64,000 nucleotides of DNA from Candidatus Woesearchaeota archaeon (lineage in GTDB: Archaea > Nanobdellota > Nanobdellia > Woesearchaeales > BM511). A program made the translations under genes and the position numbers. Shown here one piece after another: positions 61,074 through 64,000 of the stretch. The first letter of the stretch is position 1, and each line of letters opens with the position of its first letter. The notes under the pieces are model-generated. The model did no database searches, had not been told where the DNA came from, and worked only from the letters and a program-made list of their open reading frames with translations. The stretch lies in contig PKTL01000044.1 in assembly GCA_002867475.1 (NCBI GenBank), positions 2,157 to 66,156 of the forward strand, written 5' to 3'.

Positions 61074-61915
61074 TTGAAAGAAAATTCATAAGCGACAAGC
61101 TAAAGGAATTCCAAGTTCAAGAATACTTGACTGAAAACCTAAAGAATGTTGGGCATAGTAATACAAAGATCCAAAAATCCCCATTAGGAGATAAGGTTAT
61201 CATTACAGCTTCAAGACCAGGACTTATAATCGGAAGACAAGGTGCAAACATCAAGACATTGACAAAGACCTTGAAGAACAAGTTTAAGCTTGAAAACCCA
61301 CAAATCGAGATCAATGAGGTAGAAAAGCCAAATCTAGACGCGCAAATTGTAGCAGAAGGAATCGCTGGAAACCTTGAAAGATATGGTAGTCAAAGATTCA
61401 AAGGAATCGGACACAAGGTAATGACCGATGTTTTAAGAGATGGAGCGATCGGTGTAGAGATACTAATCAGCGGAAAGATTCCAAGCAGTAGAGCAAAGAC
61501 TTGGAGATTCTACGCAGGATACCTAAAGAAATGCGGCAATATAGCACTTACAGATGTAAAGACATCATACGCATCAGCACAGCTAAAGACTGGAACCGTA
61601 GGAATAATCGTAAAGATAATGCCAGCAAACATCAGGTTACCGTACGACATCCGACTAATCGGCGAAGAAGCAGCTGAAGAACTAGAAGAAACTTCAGAAG
61701 TAACAGTTGAAGAACCTATAGTAGTAGAGGAAGAAACAACAACTGAAGAGTTCGAAGCTGAAAAAGAAGCAGTTGAGAAGAAAGCAGTAACTGAAGAACC
61801 AAAAACTGAAGCAACTGAAGAAAAAGCTGCTCCAAAAAAGAAAGCTGTTAAGAAAAAAGCTCCAGCTAAAAAAGCAAAAACTGAAGAAAAGGCTGAAGAG
61901 GTAGCTGAAAAATGA
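61070..61915 (+). CDS. rps3: 30S ribosomal protein S3 with long E/K/A-rich C-terminal tail
   Basis: KH domain GRQGANIKTLTK; tail EETTTEEFEAEKEAVEKK...KKAKTEEKAEE. Confidence 0.95.
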   Translation: MIERKFISDKLKEFQVQEYLTENLKNVGHSNTKIQKSPLGDKVIITASRPGLIIGRQGANIKTLTKTLKNKFKLENPQIEINEVEKPNLDAQIVAEGIAGNLERYGSQRFKGIGHKVMTDVLRDGAIGVEILISGKIPSSRAKTWRFYAGYLKKCGNIALTDVKTSYASAQLKTGTVGIIVKIMPANIRLPYDIRLIGEEAAEELEETSEVTVEEPIVVEEETTTEEFEAEKEAVEKKAVTEEPKTEATEEKAAPKKKAVKKKAPAKKAKTEEKAEEVAEK

Positions 61916-62097
61916 AAACAAAAGAGATCAGAAACCTAAGCGCTGAAGAGCAGAACAAAAAAATTGATGAGGCAAAAAAAGAACTTATCAAATTAAACGC
62001 ACAAGTTTCAACTGGGCAAGGAAGCAAGAATTCCGGTCAGGTGAAAACGATCAAGAAAACAATTGCGAGGATAAAAACGATACAGAACGAAAAATGA
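61912..62097 (+). CDS. rpl29: 50S ribosomal protein L29
   Basis: 61 aa helical, operon position. Confidence 0.85.
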   Translation: MKTKEIRNLSAEEQNKKIDEAKKELIKLNAQVSTGQGSKNSGQVKTIKKTIARIKTIQNEK

Positions 62098-62405
62098 GTG
62101 AGATTTGTACTACATGCGGACTACCACAGGAGCTTTGTGTTTGCGAGACAATCGCCAAAGAAAGCTTGACAATAAAAATTTACACCATTAAGAAAAAATT
62201 CGGCAAGAAATACACAGTCATCGAAGGGATAACCGACAAGGATATCAACCTAAAAGACGTGACAAAAAAGCTGAAAAACACATTTGCGTGCGGAGGCACA
62301 GCAAAGGATGGAGTGATTGAACTTCAAGGAGCACACACTCAAAGAAGCAAGGAAGTCCTTGTAACTATGGGATTTGCACCTGAAAGCATTGAAGTCAAAC
62401 AATGA
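62094..62405 (+). CDS. Translation initiation factor 1 (SUI1/aIF1)
   Basis: N-terminal CxxC...CxC zinc motif plus SUI1 fold; conserved position in archaeal operon. Confidence 0.8.
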   Translation: MSEICTTCGLPQELCVCETIAKESLTIKIYTIKKKFGKKYTVIEGITDKDINLKDVTKKLKNTFACGGTAKDGVIELQGAHTQRSKEVLVTMGFAPESIEVKQ

Positions 62406-62635
62406 AACTCGAAAAGTCGGAACTGATCGGAAAAGAAGCAATAATAACAACACACAACAACACGTTCAACGGAAAAATAATCGATGAATCAAAAAACATG
62501 ATACATCTGCAAACCAAAGAAGGTGTTAAGAAGGTAATCAAAAAACAAGCAACGATCAAAATCGATGGAAAAACAATCCAAGGGGAAAAAATAACAAAAA
62601 GACCTGAGGATCGAATTAAATTATCAAAAAGATAA
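62402..62635 (+). CDS. rnp1: RNase P protein component 1 (Rpp29/Rnp1)
   Basis: Small Sm-like barrel protein at the conserved position between SUI1 and S17. Confidence 0.65.
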   Translation: MKLEKSELIGKEAIITTHNNTFNGKIIDESKNMIHLQTKEGVKKVIKKQATIKIDGKTIQGEKITKRPEDRIKLSKR

Positions 62636-62683
62636 TTTAAGCATGGACAAAAGTCCATTGAATCAAACTTAGAGGATAAAAAA

Positions 62684-63004
62684 ATGAAAAAGAACATAGG
62701 AATCGAAGTGAAACAACCGGAAAACACATGCGATGATATAAATTGCCCGTTCCATTCAAACATTTCACTAAGAGGGAAAGTCTTTGAAGGAACAATAGTA
62801 TCCAACGTTTTTCACAAGACAGTCTCAGTAGAATGGGAAAGAAGGCTAAAGATACCAAAATACGAAAGATATGAGAAAAGAAGGACAAAGATTAGGGTCC
62901 ACAGCACACCATGCATAGAAGTGAAACCTGGAGACAAGGTCAAGATAATGGAGTGTAGACCAATATCAAAGACAAAGAACTTCATAATCGTAGAAAAAAT
63001 ATAG
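62684..63004 (+). CDS. rps17: 30S ribosomal protein S17
   Basis: uS17 OB-fold, [20 protein letters not shown]. Confidence 0.9.
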   Translation: MKKNIGIEVKQPENTCDDINCPFHSNISLRGKVFEGTIVSNVFHKTVSVEWERRLKIPKYERYEKRRTKIRVHSTPCIEVKPGDKVKIMECRPISKTKNFIIVEKI

Positions 63005-63014
63005 GGATGTCAAT

Positions 63015-63416
63015 ATGAAAGCGTCAAAATCAAATGTAACAAGAGCACTTCCAGTTGGAGCATACATGGAAACATGTGATAACAGTGGTGCAAAAGTTGT
63101 AAAGATTACAGCTGTAAAAAGACACAAGACTGTAAAAGGAAGACTGCCTGCAGCAGGAGTAGGGGACATGGTCCAAGTAGCTGTAAAGAAAGGAAAGCCA
63201 GACATAAGAAAAACAGTCCAGTTTGCAGTTATAGTAAGACAGAAAAAAGAATACAAAAGAAGCGATGGAACAAGGATAAAGTTCGAAGATAACTCAATTG
63301 TAATCCTAAAGGATGAGAAAGGAAACCCAAAAGGAACAATTTTCAAAGGACCTATCGCTAAGGAAGCAACAGAAAGATGGCCAGCTGTCGCAAAAGTTGC
63401 AAGCATAATAGTATAG
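63015..63416 (+). CDS. rpl14: 50S ribosomal protein L14
   Basis: uL14 family. Confidence 0.9.
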   Translation: MKASKSNVTRALPVGAYMETCDNSGAKVVKITAVKRHKTVKGRLPAAGVGDMVQVAVKKGKPDIRKTVQFAVIVRQKKEYKRSDGTRIKFEDNSIVILKDEKGNPKGTIFKGPIAKEATERWPAVAKVASIIV

Positions 63417-63427
63417 AGGGTTGAAAG

Positions 63428-63808
63428 ATGAAACAAGAATTTTCAAAAAGCTGGAACAACAGCAAAAAACCTTCAAAGCAAAGAAAGTTTAGAGCAAACG
63501 CTCCACTTCACACAAAAAGCAAGTTCCTAAGCACACACCTAATAAAAGAGCTTAGAGAAAAGCACGGAAAAAGAAGCGTGAGAGTAAAGAAAGGAGACAA
63601 AGTAAAAGTCTTAAGAGGAACACACAGAGGAAAAACAGGAAAGGTCGAAAAGGTTAGCGTAAAACTGACAAAAGTATATGTTACAGGAATCGACACCATA
63701 AAAAAAGATGGCGCAAAAGCACTATATCCTCTAAACCCAACAAATCTTATGATTACAGAACTAGACCTTTCTGACAATAAAAGAAAGGAAAAGATGACCA
63801 AGAAATGA
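63428..63808 (+). CDS. rpl24: 50S ribosomal protein L24
   Basis: KOW motif VKKGDKVKVLRGTHRGKTGKV. Confidence 0.9.
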   Translation: MKQEFSKSWNNSKKPSKQRKFRANAPLHTKSKFLSTHLIKELREKHGKRSVRVKKGDKVKVLRGTHRGKTGKVEKVSVKLTKVYVTGIDTIKKDGAKALYPLNPTNLMITELDLSDNKRKEKMTKK

Positions 63809-63818
63809 GGAACATAAA

Positions 63819-64000
63819 ATGGTAAAACAACACTTGAAAAGAATATTCACGCCAAAAACCTGGCAGATCAAAAGGAAATCAAACGTATTCGTTTCCAGAC
63901 CAAAACCAGGAGCGCACGAACTCAAATATGGTGTTTCATTGAACACATTTTTCAAAGAGATGCTAAAATACTGCAAGACAACAAAAGAAGTCAAGCAGAT
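63819..64000 (+). CDS. rps4e: 30S ribosomal protein S4e (3' end outside window)
   Basis: MVKQHLKRIFTPKTWQIKRK eS4 N-terminus. Confidence 0.85.
   Translation, partial: MVKQHLKRIFTPKTWQIKRKSNVFVSRPKPGAHELKYGVSLNTFFKEMLKYCKTTKEVKQ

Noticed and set aside
1-64000. CRISPR arrays, rRNA genes, IS elements or integrases
   Set aside because: No regularly spaced repeats, no rRNA-like conserved blocks, and no transposase or integrase motifs (DDE, tyrosine-recombinase RHRY) were seen in any ORF.

Overview
Low-GC (roughly 30%) archaeal chromosome segment, plus-strand coordinates. The archaeal assignment rests on aIF2-gamma, an r-protein operon in L3-L4-L23-L2-S19-L22-S3-L29-SUI1-Rpp29-S17-L14-L24-S4e order, intron-containing tRNAs and a class III pilin signal. 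A small-genome or DPANN-like lineage is a guess only. Content is mostly housekeeping: archaemetzincin, transketolase, argG/argH, tyrA-pheA-aminotransferase, cysE, Ogg and Nth glycosylases, malic enzyme, aIF2-gamma, two REC plus histidine-kinase pairs, two MFS transporters, Lrp and TrmB regulators. Accessory or unusual content: (1) two intron-containing tRNA-Thr-like genes with identical acceptor stems flank a standalone ClpA/B-NBD2-type AAA+ ATPase. Short direct repeats of the tRNA ends recur at 1.55, 4.2 and 11.5 kb, which points to a recombination or integration history. (2) A surface-glycan style cluster has two GT2 enzymes, an APH-like kinase, a GHMP kinase, two histidine phosphatases and UXS. 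(3) A four-gene minus-strand operon (PPDK_N-domain protein, GNAT fusion, M20 deacylase, HD hydrolase) has no obvious known pathway. (4) A bacterial-type TyrRS is interrupted by a single in-frame TAA. (5) An AsnB-MJ0570 (Dph6-like) triple-domain fusion. (6) A 48-56 kb stretch of hypotheticals ends in toxin-antitoxin-like modules (RelE-like pair with a palindromic operator, a GNAT fragment, a PIN gene) and RadC. No CRISPR array, rRNA or clear transposase was seen. The ORF track uses GTG/TTG as well as ATG starts, so several starts were moved to the first ATG.
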